NCBI GenBank assembly: GCA_903813345.2
Contig: CAIIXF020000001.1
Location: 37,696,001-37,760,000, forward strand
Source: Owenia fusiformis
Taxonomy: Eukaryota
Length of the DNA: 64,000 nt
Reading direction: 5' to 3'
In this document: positions 53,501 to 64,000 of the stretch, piece by piece
How the letters are laid out: every line of letters begins with the position of its first letter
Numbering within the stretch: position 1 is the first letter of the stretch
The notes under the pieces: model-generated
Seen by the model: only the letters and a program-made list of their open reading frames with translations
Told to the model about the DNA's origin: nothing
The model's database searches: none
Program-made: the position numbers and the translations under genes

Positions 53501-54590
53501 CAAGTTTGTGTTTCAAACAAAATAACAAAGACATGTACATAATATAGATTGGTTTATTTTTATGTTCGATTTCACAATACATAGATTGTAATTTATAATG
53601 TGTTAAACTACTCTGTTTAAATACAGGCAAATAAATGATAATAATTATAATAATAATAATAATAATAATAATAATGTCGCTGCTAAAATCTCCACCAAAA
53701 AATACAATTTTTCAGACATCGCACAGGCCATCATATGTGAGAAATTCTGCATTTACTTTAATTGACATTTTCAAGTGATATGTTAACCGCAGTACATCTT
53801 TCATACAGGTACAGATTCATTTTCTTCTGGCCGCAAAGGCAGTTGGTTCATACAGGCTGTGGTTTATGTGTTCGTGAAGCATGCACACAACACAGAAATA
53901 AGAGAGCTCTTCACCAAGGTAACAAAAACTGGTTGAATAAATACTTAAATAATTTTAGTATTTTAATGTACTATTGTAGTAAATCTTCTTATCACATATA
54001 TTTTGGAGTTACTGTGTCCCATCATCAGCAATAGAGCTTGTCTGGTTCGATCCTTGTTTAGAGTCCTCCAGCATTCTATAACAACCAGAATATACCAAAA
54101 ACGTGGTGTGGGAAAGTGTCTGCCTCAGCTAAATACATTATTATCGCACTTTCAAAGTGCTATACTGTCGCCGTCCTATGTTCGTTGGCTTGCTTGCGTC
54201 GGTGTAGTCTTGTTTTCCACTTTGGCTTAATGCATGTTGTCCTCCTAAGGTACTGCCAGTTACAATTCAATTTTATGGTCGGTGTTCGGCGTTAGGCGGT
54301 AGGTGTTCCGCGTCTGTAACAATTGTCAAAAGTGGTGACATTTGCCTGTTAATGCCTTGCATCTTGCAGGAACTTGTCATTGTACATTGCCGCAATCTCA
54401 TAATAAGTATAACCAATTGATGATTTCATATCAGTTCCATTATGTATTGTAGGTCAACCAACTTATGTTAAAAGAGGGTACAAAGCAAGCCAGGAAACAG
54501 CACGCCAGCGATACACCCAAATTGACTTCGCAGATTGATCACACTTTACAGAAGGACCTCTATCTTTATCCTGGATTGAACTCCGATTGA
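50595..54590 (+). CDS. CARD-containing caspase-like protein, paralog B, 505 aa, atypical active site
   Basis: Exons 50595-50729, 51080-51539, 51679-51773, 51853-52026, 52159-52378, 53052-53237, 53809-53918, 54453-54590 (TGA); 1518 nt in frame; same intron phases as paralog A. ILSHG retained, QTCKL replaces QACxG, SFS replaces SWR. Confidence 0.9.
50755..50895 (+). mobile_element. Helentron/HINE-like short repeat copy
   Basis: Matches 16361-16501 (ATGTCACC.CCTGTCATTTGTTACAGAC.CCGA); ends in ATATGTCACCAC..TGGTGA hairpin. Confidence 0.6.
53646..53675. repeat. (AAT)n microsatellite
   Basis: ~9 AAT units. Confidence 0.9.
54270..54358 (-). mobile_element. Helentron/HINE-like short repeat copy
   Basis: Reverse complement CAAGGCATT...ATGTCACCAC...TTGTTACAGACGCGGA. 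Confidence 0.5.
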
Positions 54591-54909
54591 TCTGAAACTT
54601 TAAAAAAACAATTCCTTCGGGGGACTCATATTCCCACATGCACCATACGCCAAAATTGTGTTATAACTTTATGGTATATATAACGTGACTGAAATCATTG
54701 CTAAAACCATTATTTCTCTAAAGTCATCATGTATCCTCCATTGATCCCATATGCGTACACTTCGTCTTCACTGCTTCTAACTTGATCAAGGTGAATATGA
54801 AGATGTGTATCTATGAGTTTTCGACACATTTCAATCGCGACACATGACACGATCCATTTTTAGATAAATTCAATTATTTTTGTTCAACATCACCACAGAA
54901 AACATATGA

Positions 54910-55950
54910 CTCCTGCTTCAAAAGCTTGCCTACTTTAAAAAAGCTGCCATTTTTGTCTCGCAAAATTTACTTTTAGACCATGTACTAGTTAGCTTACCTC
55001 CAGCGATGGGATTTCCCTTTTAAATTGTTTTGGAGCAAAAATGTTTCAATCATGTGTCTTATCTGCAATTAAACACATGAACTTATTGAACGACCTGGTA
55101 TGTTATATGAATGAAAAAAAGTAAAACATATATGGCAAGAAAAAAGAATACAATTAAAATGTGAAATTATGTATCAACATATTGTTTTAGGATTTTTATC
55201 TGGAAATAACATCACCAACTAGAAATGTCATAAAAACAATTTTAGGTATCACAATGCATAACAACTGGTGTAAATTTTCAGAAGACAATAACAGTCGGAG
55301 ACTATTTGAGATTCGAACAACTTTTATGAGAAATTCAAAATATAATTCATGCTTATTTAAACTCTAAAAATGAATATATATTTTGTCTGTATGGATTGAA
55401 ACCATCATCAAGAACTTTTGAAAAAAAAACATTTATTTTTATCAATATTTTTGTAAATCCTGCTTACACTCAATTTATTGTATTGTTATTTTACATGTTT
55501 TATATTTGTGAATAAAAAAAATAAAAAAATAAATACAGAAAACCCCTCTATGACTGATTTAAAAGCGCCTACTTTCAAAATGGTCGGCACTTTTGTCTCA
55601 CAAAATTCACTTTCGACCATTTACTAGCTAACATAATATTATATGTTGATAGGATTCCCATTTTAAATTATTTTTGTTCATTTTTACTAACTTTATAAAT
55701 TGTTGAACATCAATACAAAAATCCTCCCACCCCCAATGATTCCTGATTCAAAAGCTTTATTTTCAAAATGGTCGCCATTTTTGTCTCGCAATATTTACTA
55801 TCACACCTTTCACTAGCTATTTTTTTTATCTGTCGAAAGGATTCCCTTATGTTATTTTTGTTTAACATCAAAACTGCAGGAACTTCTGCTTCAAAAGCTT
55901 GCATATTTTCAAAAGAGCCACCACTTTTGTCGCAAATATTTCACTTTTTG
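54910..55950. repeat. Locally repeated ~60-100 bp unit, probably TE subterminal repeats
   Basis: CAAAAGC...TTTCAAAA...CCA(T/C)TTTTGTC(T/G)C.CAA recurs at ~54915, 55560, 55745, 55890. Confidence 0.6.
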
Positions 55951-57472
55951 CCCTGTACCATGTGAGCCCAGTGCCCACGTAATATTTTTTTAACAGTAGC
56001 AGTTGAACAGTAATAATCTGAAATGCAAAGGTGATGCGAACTTTGATAAATAAGAACACCTTAAAATACTTAATCTTTTTGGCGATCCAATGAAATTGAG
56101 AATGTTCCACAAACTAGGACCTCTTGTACCATTCTTAATTTTATCTCAACACACATATTTAGCATTGTACTTTCGCTCTTTACGCATATACACACCTTAC
56201 ATCGGCAAAAGGGGAAAGCTTTTGAAGATCGAAAAGCAAAACTGATTAGGAGAGGACATTTAGCTCGAATTAGACAAGTGTGCGCTGCTCAAACTAAAAA
56301 TCCCAACAAATAATAAACACAAAAGAGCTCTATAGTTTCGAATGAGAACATAGTAAACCTTGACAAAAAAGGTGGAACAAGTTTCTATTGATCAATCTTG
56401 GATCTTAATAATGTTGATGGCCGAAATAAAAATGGAAATCTTAATGAATATCTAAGCACGAGTGCCAAAGGAAATGACCGAAAGTTGTAATGGAACCTAG
56501 CGAGAAAAAGCAAACTCTAAGTGCATACCAGTCAAGAAAAACAAACCCTTTATATCCCAAAACCATGATCTAACGTGAAAAGAAACAATGTCTATAATAC
56601 CCCCTTGCCCCCCACCATTCAAGAACCGATATCACAATCGAAGACCAGAACACCAAGGGACATTTCATTCATACTGAAGTCATTACAATACATGTTGAAG
56701 AAATTGATAGCCAATACTCAAAACACCAAAAATAGTTTTAGATACAAGTACTCATACAAGATAGAGCATTCAGTCTCAAATGATGTGGGATAGATAAAAC
56801 CCAGTCTCCAAGTCCATAGGTCGTCGCCATAATCCATAAAACATGATATAGACATACCCTTGGAACAACCTGTATGCCACTGTATGATATAATAGGCTTA
56901 ATGCCAGGGACATACGCCCAGGACACCCTGTACCACCACTCTATATATAATCTAATTTACAATTATATAAAGCTTAAGATCCTATTACCGATCAAAAGTA
57001 AATCCAAGAAGTATGTTAACAGGTACGTTGCAATGGTAATCCTATACCAGTAACTGTAATATTTTTATTTCGGTTTTACACCATTAATGTTATAATGTGC
57101 AATGCGTAATAATTTGTCGGTCAAAAGAATTCTCGAGTTGTTGCTTTTTGTTTGAATAAAGACTTGGAGGAACTGTAACATAAAATGTTAAAAGACAAAG
57201 ATGTATTGGCATCAGTTGTAAGTTTGTTTGTTTTTATGTTAAATATCTTATTTTTATCTCTAAATAAAAAGTGAAATATATTGCTTTAAATAAAGCCGTG
57301 TTGGTTTATTTAAACTTGATTACAATAATTCGATGTTTTTATGCAGCATTTTGAATTTGTTTGTTACCTTAAGCAGTTTGGAATATTTTGTACGGAGTGG
57401 ATTAAAAAAAATCTTAATGGATGGATCGTTTCAGATTTGTTAACTAAAATGCTGTAAAAGGTGTGCTTGTGT

Positions 57473-60358
57473 ATGAAGTCCATAATGATGTACAACAAAC
57501 TAAGAAACAATGGTATGTAGCAGCAATGCGTATAATATTCAGGAAAAAGAATCTAGTAAATAAAAGTTATTAGAATATGGCCAAGTTTCGATTGAAGTAA
57601 CTGTCTAACTTGTTTTTTACTTGCTTGTGCGTATTGATCACTACTGTAATGAGTGTTTTATATCATTGTAGTATGTGTGCTGATTATTGAAGTGCTTGTG
57701 TGCCTAGCTACACTGTCAGATTGCTGTTTTTCTTCATTGGCCTCGCAAGAAGAAACACTGGGACACGGTAGGTTAAAATATCAGGTTTGCTTTTGATTAA
57801 AGCAAATAGATTGTGCATGGATTAGGTATGTACTTTATTTCATGAAACTTGCTAAATCTTAAATGTGTTCAAATACTACAAAAGATGTCTCCATAATACT
57901 TCGAAAATCACCACATTGTTTCTAATGACAAATCATCTCGAACCAAAGAATTGTTAGTTAATCATTCTTCGAAATCATATTTTTAAATGATTTTAATCTA
58001 GATGATGATTTGGATTGTTGATGTTACATTTTCCAATACTTTCATTTCATGCTTATTGATATAATCGACTCAAATTGTGTATGATTTACTCCCGGGGCTT
58101 TACTATATCATTACTATATGAGCCTGTACATAAACCCAATCTGGGTATTCTATTCCATAATTCTTTTCGTGCATTGCACAATGAGATAATATACGATTCT
58201 TTAACACACCTGTTTTTAAATAGCAACACATTTATGACGCTGCGTTCTAGGCTTTTCTGAGATAGTTAAGTGATAGAAAGAAAAGTCCTCTTACATGAGC
58301 TACACTACTACCATCTTTATATTGGCATAAAAGCATAACACCGTTTGATGTTAATACAATAGATACAATATAAATTATAATGGACATGTTTGATGAACTC
58401 AAATAACCATCTACCTGTTCTATCAGCAAACTACTATGCAGCTGTTGATGTATATGACTCTTTGCAGTTCCTATAACATGCTACAAATGCAAAGGCAATG
58501 CCAATGACAGCTCGTGTGCTGACCCAATAATGGAAAGAAAGAATGGGTTACAAATGGATAAGGTTCTGTGTGATTATGGTATGTGTCTCAAATGGACATA
58601 CATGTCGAAAGGTAAGTAATTGTGAACACTGAAACCTCATTTTGAAAATTAGACATCAGTGTCAGCAGATGGCGTTTAAACTAATTCAACACTTCAAATG
58701 TGTTTCATCCAGGCAATATATTTAACAATTATACGGGCAATATACAAGCTATACGTATATCGCATTACAGGGTGACGCCAAAAAACAGAACCCTCCACAA
58801 ATAAAATAAGTTATATTAATACAATCAGCTTCATTTTTCATGTACAGAAACTACAGTCTATGGATGACAATGTGGCACTAACTTTTTTACATATGATTCA
58901 ATATTCTTGCTAATTTGCTCACTTTTGACAGAAAAGAAAATGTAAGATTTTCGTCTCAACCAAAGGGTTACACATCGTTTGTTTTAACCAATCACATTAT
59001 TTTAGTTTTAAGGCACTTTGTTAGTATAGAGGTTGAGATCATTAATGGGGAAGTATCCCAGCAACCTTTAAGCCACCTTTAGGTATGGCTGTACCTTCTG
59101 AGTGATGTTTTGAAACTGCGTTCAATGCAATCACATTGCTTTCAGGCACTTTCATTGCTTTCAGGCTTTCAGGATTTCAGATAGGAAAGCCGATCATTTT
59201 TTCCATCCAGGTATTTATAAGTTCTCCTTTCTCTCTCTCTTCTCTCTTCCAATTCATTTTCAAACATTTGAATTGTAATACCACATGTTGTACAATGCTC
59301 TTGATCAGAATATTGTACAGCGTTTGAGGTGTTCATGCCCAGTGGCCAGAAATTTCTGTCAACCTGATTTTTTCTATAGGTGTTTTACCATTGTTTATTC
59401 TTCATTTTTTCAATTAAAATATTAAATGGGACTTTGATTTTACGTCTTGTTTGGAATTTCTTTCTGAATTTCTCATAAAATCTTTGCCAAAATGTTGATT
59501 TTTTGAAAATTGAACACATTCTAAGATCATCCATATATCACAAATAATCAATTTACTGAAACAACCTTAATATCATATTATCATCCACAGATTATTATTC
59601 ATGCACAGAAAAAACTGGGTATATAGGTATTTAAGAAATTATTACACGTTCAGAGGGTTCTGTTTTTTGTGTCACCCTGTATTCCAGATATCTAACTAAC
59701 TGAGTTTCTGGTATATTGGAATTTTAAACCCATTCCCGATAACAAATATCAATGAATATAAATAACTTCTACACTACTTTTTTATTTTACATATTTATTT
59801 TCCACAATTAACAAGTTCAAATCTCCCAGGTTATTATCAAAATTTGCAAAGTCGAAAGACAAGGAGTAATCTGGTCGATTCATTTAAAATATGTGCGCAT
59901 ACATGTACGATTCGAATTCGTCAACAACAAGACTTATTTTAATCAATCAGAGTTCTTTAGATTTTGCCTACCAATACTAATAAGGAGATATGATTTAGCA
60001 ATCTAAAACCATGAAGCCATTTAATGACATTCCCCACAAAAATTGTAATCGGTAAATCTTATCATAATATGTTTAACTATGCTACCAGATGCTACTAAAT
60101 CATCGATTCCATTAATCAACTGACCTCATTCCAGGTGAACTGATCATGGAGAGAACCTGTTCATCGAGTGATAATATAGAATTTAGATTAAACTTTTACG
60201 AAGTTTGCATTTCTGAGAAGTCTCCAGCTGTTGGAAATTTGTGTATGTGTGGAACTAATTTGTGCAACGGAGGACGGACAATAAATCCCAGGACAATTGA
60301 ACTATCTTTCCTGGTTATGGGACTTCTGTTTTATAACAGTGCATTAATTAGCCAGTGA
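57473..60358 (+). CDS. Ly6/uPAR three-finger protein, quiver/sleepless-like, predicted GPI-anchored
   Basis: Exons 57473-57512, 57672-57767 (signal peptide VCVLIIEVLVCLATLSDC), 58468-58611 (ITCYKC...SCADP...LCDYGMCLKW), 60135-60358 (ERTC...VC...LCMCGTNLCNG plus hydrophobic tail); 10 LU-domain cysteines; all phase-1 introns. First two exons are less certain. Confidence 0.85.
58768..59679. mobile_element. Tc1/mariner non-autonomous element in the Ly6 intron
   Basis: TA|CAGGGTGACGCCAAAAAACAGAACCCTC ... GAGGGTTCTGTTTTTTGTGTCACCCTG|TA. Confidence 0.8.
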
Positions 60359-61108
60359 TTGATCATTGCCATGAGAAACTATCCAAGGAGTATTACATTA
60401 TCGCTTTTTGCGACCGTTTTATATCAAATCGTTTTTTATTGAAATTGATTTTTTGGTAAACCAATTTATGTCCTCACGTCGTCCTATCTTGTAAAAAGCC
60501 ACAATAAAAGCATCATACGATTTCAAACGACATTTTATGCAATTATATTATGGTTCGTCAATTTCACGGATAGTCGATATTTTTGGAGAATAGTTAGTTT
60601 CGTTTCGCATCTGGATGGATGGAATTCAATTGTCTGTAGACTCTAATCGGATCACTATCAACCGACAGAGCTCCAGAACAAAATTTATAAAACAGAGTTC
60701 ATCAGTTGAAATATTGTCCATTTATCCCCCAAACCAGCTATAGCTAAGGTTACCATTCCCAAGGGAAATACTTCAATTGCAAAATACATGTATACCAATC
60801 CAGCTTGGTTTTCAAAGCTTTTAAGTCATCGAATCTCTTTGAATCCGTTTCATTGGTTTTGGGAGTTAATATTAGAATTGATTATCGCTCCCGGTGTAAT
60901 TGCAGATGCTGGTAGCCTGGTATATCTGTTCGTAATGAAGACTGCATATATCTTAAATATATGGCATATTTTAGCTGGGGATGGTCTCGGCAAATAATGC
61001 AATCAATTTTAGTCAGTCAATTTTTTATCGTTACAGTTATGGCAAATGTATTTATTTTGCCAGAACGTCAATCACTTCTGTAAAGGAGACTGTACTGACT
61101 TCATGGCC

Positions 61109-61441
61109 CACTGGCGGATATGGGGGGGGGCCCAGGGGCCCGGGCCCCCCCCCCCTTGGGTGGGCCCAGAAAAAAAAAATTGTGCCCAAAAAAAATGTTT
61201 AGCCTAAAATGGCTTTAAGGCCCCAAAAAGTAGGCCATTTTGGTCATAAATTGGCCTTGTAAGGCCTTATTTGTTAATTTTAGGCCAAATTTTGAAGAAA
61301 ACGGGCCTCAAAATTTCAAAATTTGGGCCCACTTTTGGGTTTATGGGGCCCAAAATTTTTTTCCGCGCAAGCGCGGACGTTTTTTTCTCAGACCACAAGT
61401 TTGTGCCCCCCCCCCCTTGTTGGTTCCCAGATCCGCCCCTG
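61109..61441. mobile_element. GC-rich MITE
   Basis: CACTGGCGGATATGGG ... CCCAGATCCGCCCCTG termini; internal GGCCC repeats; TGGCC on both flanks. Confidence 0.7.
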
Positions 61442-62766
61442 TGGCCCGATCTTGGAGATAGGAATTGTCGTGAATAATATTAAGTTGAAAGCAATGGGTC
61501 ATCTCTACGGTAAAATAACGAACTTTGTTTTGGGAAAATGCTACTAACCATGAAAAACCATTAGTCTCTAATCCACCAAAATGTCTGAACGCATCATATC
61601 AAAAATGACCGGAACGCCACACCATCTTGATAGGGATTTTTCCGAGGCAATAAATAAAGAAACCACAAAGGCATGAAGAAGATGTAAAATGATTGATAGA
61701 ACCTAATTTAGTTTCTTGCTACTTTTACGGCTGATGAAGCAATGTTACAAAACCAGACACATTTATTCAAAGCTATTTGCACATGTGTTTGTGTGATAGT
61801 TAGCATGATCGCATTTGACCGAAACGTCAACTTGATTGATTGGTGTTTCCTTTAAATTTATTCTATTTTCTCCAGTTAAAATATACAATTTTTAATTAGA
61901 ATCAACAGCGTGCTGTTGTATTGGTTCAGTATATTCAGTGATTGTCTATTATGCCACGGCCCGTGTTTGATAATCAGAATACCACTAACGTTTTTATATA
62001 TGTGAAATATATAATGGCAATGTTACAAAAGGTATCTTATTCTCATTTGAATGAGAGACCTTAGTTTAGAATTTGTTTTTTCGCAAAAAATGTATTTTCT
62101 CCTCCAAATTGCTTGTTCAAAAGGAAGAATAGATAGTTATATGACTTCATGCCAAATATCACTTTGATTCCATACCAATAACAATGTCTAAACAAGATAA
62201 GCATTTAATCACTTAAAACAACGTTTTAAAGCGATGGCTCGAAATAAATGAATCTGATGTCGCAGTTCACACATTTTTATAAGTTATAAACATAAGGGAT
62301 TAAATCATACGTGCTACATGCTATAAGTGCTAAATGCAATATATCTCTATTGGTTGTACACTGATGTATACTGATGGGGCACTCATTGATTTCACAAAGA
62401 TCAGAATATGAACCAACCTCTACCATTCATTACTCGATCATCTGTTGATTTGTATATTCACCGTTCCACAACTAGTAACTTTGACGGAACGTCAATGTAA
62501 CAAAATGGATGAACTTCCTGGTTACGAGTTTTTTTTGTTTTGTCGATTTAAACCTACTTGTAAGTCAAGTTGCAGATTATAATTTGGCACAAAGCTAGAA
62601 AATATAGTCTAGTTTTGATAAATTTCTTCGATTTGGAATTTGTTTTTTAAATGAAGTTGCAATTCTTATATTTAGCCCCTCGCTTGTGTTACATTGACGA
62701 AAATCCGTTATATTACCAATCTATGTTACTTCGACGACCATATGTATGTGCAAGATAACCCTCCAC

Positions 62767-62906
62767 TGATCTCCATACACCCCCAATTTGAATCCACCTG
62801 ATTTCTTTTTGTATGGCTATTTGAAAGACAATTGCATTCCAAAACAATCCTCAGACAATTGCTGACCTTAAGGAGGCTATCACTGCTAAATGTAATGCTA
62901 TAATAA
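62767..62906 (+). pseudogene. Tc1/mariner-superfamily transposase relic
   Basis: *SPYTPNLNPPDFFLYGYLKD...NPQTIADLKEAIT, resembling WPPYSPDLNPxDFFLWGYLK; cut off at 62906. Confidence 0.75.
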
Positions 62907-64000
62907 TAGTCCGGATGTGAAGTGCCATATTTTACGTGAAGGTGGAAATGCTTATTATATGAACTTTTTTTGCATTTTCTGTTTAAACATGATATCCATA
63001 TTCAGAAACTGTCGGATGCCCAACGGGCACCCTTGAGGAATTTTTTTGGCGGCCATTTTGAATTTTCACACGTTTCATGTATTTTAGCCAGCATATTAAA
63101 ACAGAAAACTAGCATACACATACACAAATCTTGCTGTTTTTCTATAATAGAGTTTTAATATGATGTATACCAATATGTTAGGTTCCAGAAATGTTTCTTG
63201 ACAAAAATAAAAAAAATTCAAGATGGCCGCCAACCTTACAATTTATGAAATGTCTCATTCTGTGATAATATCAAATGGATATTAGTGTTTCCTACAAAAT
63301 TATCAATAAATAATACTAAATACATCTGATTATGATCTCTTTGTCACATATAAAATATCTGAAATGAGTAAAAAGTAACCTACATAATAATAATGATGTT
63401 CCACAAGGGTCATTTCTTGGTGCTATATCTATCTTGAATTTATGAATTCTCTTCTTTTACTAAGATTTCATCAAGGATTTCCCTCAATAAATCCTCATCA
63501 GTTTCTTCCAATTCCTGTTCAGTTACTGTCTTTGTATGTTGGTTATTGCATTCATTCCCCTTGCAAACACAGAACAATGTACATGATAAAGATGCCTTGG
63601 AGCATGAACATTGCCCAGTTCTACATACATTGCCCTCTGATGCACATGTGCACTTAATGAGCTGGAGAATCCCTTCAGGGGCACAGGGTGTATCCTTGGG
63701 CATTGTTGTTGGGACAATTGAGCCTGTGCTGTTAATTTCCCAACCATAATCTGTCGGAAGGATAAGTGGGGGGTCAGGCATATCAGCATTTTTCCATACA
63801 GCTACTTGGAAATGAGCTCGCTTCACATGCTGGAAAAATGCTTCTGTTGTTTGTGGGAGGGATTTTAGCTTTGGTGCATTTGTAATGCGTTTTGCAGCAA
63901 TTTATTTGCCCATACAGCATATCTCACATCAGACATTTTGTCTGTGACTTTAGGTGTAATTCCATAACATCTAGAAACAAATTCTGTTGAAGTTTTCTCA
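62907..64000 (-). mobile_element. AcademX-type DNA transposon, 3' end, running off the window
   Basis: Minus ORF KSLPQTTEAFFQHVKRAHFQVAVW...PTDYGW...CTC...CRTGQCSCSKASLSCTLFCVC (Cys8/CXC C-terminus), stop at 63440, frameshift near 63900; terminus begins TAGTCCGGATG at 62907. Confidence 0.75.

Noticed and set aside
5208..54590. Functional apoptosis cluster (CSE1L, named cellular apoptosis susceptibility, next to caspases)
   Set aside because: Adjacency alone; CSE1L is a housekeeping importin-alpha exporter and I see no shared regulation
55008..55017. Perfect kappaB site GGGATTTCCC
   Set aside because: Inside a repeat unit downstream of caspase B; probably incidental
56200..56940. A-rich stretch resembling a decayed retroelement ORF
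   Set aside because: No diagnostic RT or endonuclease motif could be read
60981..61547. Several short Pro/Gly-rich ORFs
   Set aside because: Produced by G/C runs of the MITE at 61109-61441

Overview
AT-rich animal genomic DNA, probably a marine invertebrate (inference), with spliced genes that the ORF track mostly misses. I assembled exons by hand. In order: (1) the last four exons of an S9 (prolyl oligopeptidase family) peptidase on +, with a GC-AG intron; (2) a complete exportin-2/CSE1L gene on -, 24 coding exons, 967 aa; (3) a probable bidirectional promoter carrying an inverted CCAAT+ZNF143-like motif pair, which recurs in front of a profilin; (4) two divergent profilins with intronless CDS, tail-to-tail; (5) two tandem CARD-caspase paralogs with identical 8-exon structure; (6) a quiver/sleepless-like Ly6 GPI-anchored protein; (7) the end of an AcademX-type DNA transposon. 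Caspase A has QACQG/SWR, four DxxD linker sites and a 13.5-kb intron filled with nested transposons. Caspase B is an intact ORF with QTCKL/SFS and is a candidate decoy or altered-specificity caspase. Introns and intergenic DNA hold hAT, Tc1/mariner, Transib-like, Kolobok-like, Crypton-like and Helentron-like non-autonomous elements, a truncated CR1/L2 LINE and tRNA-derived SINE heads. All coordinates are hand-derived and TE superfamily calls rest on terminus/TSD patterns without a database search.
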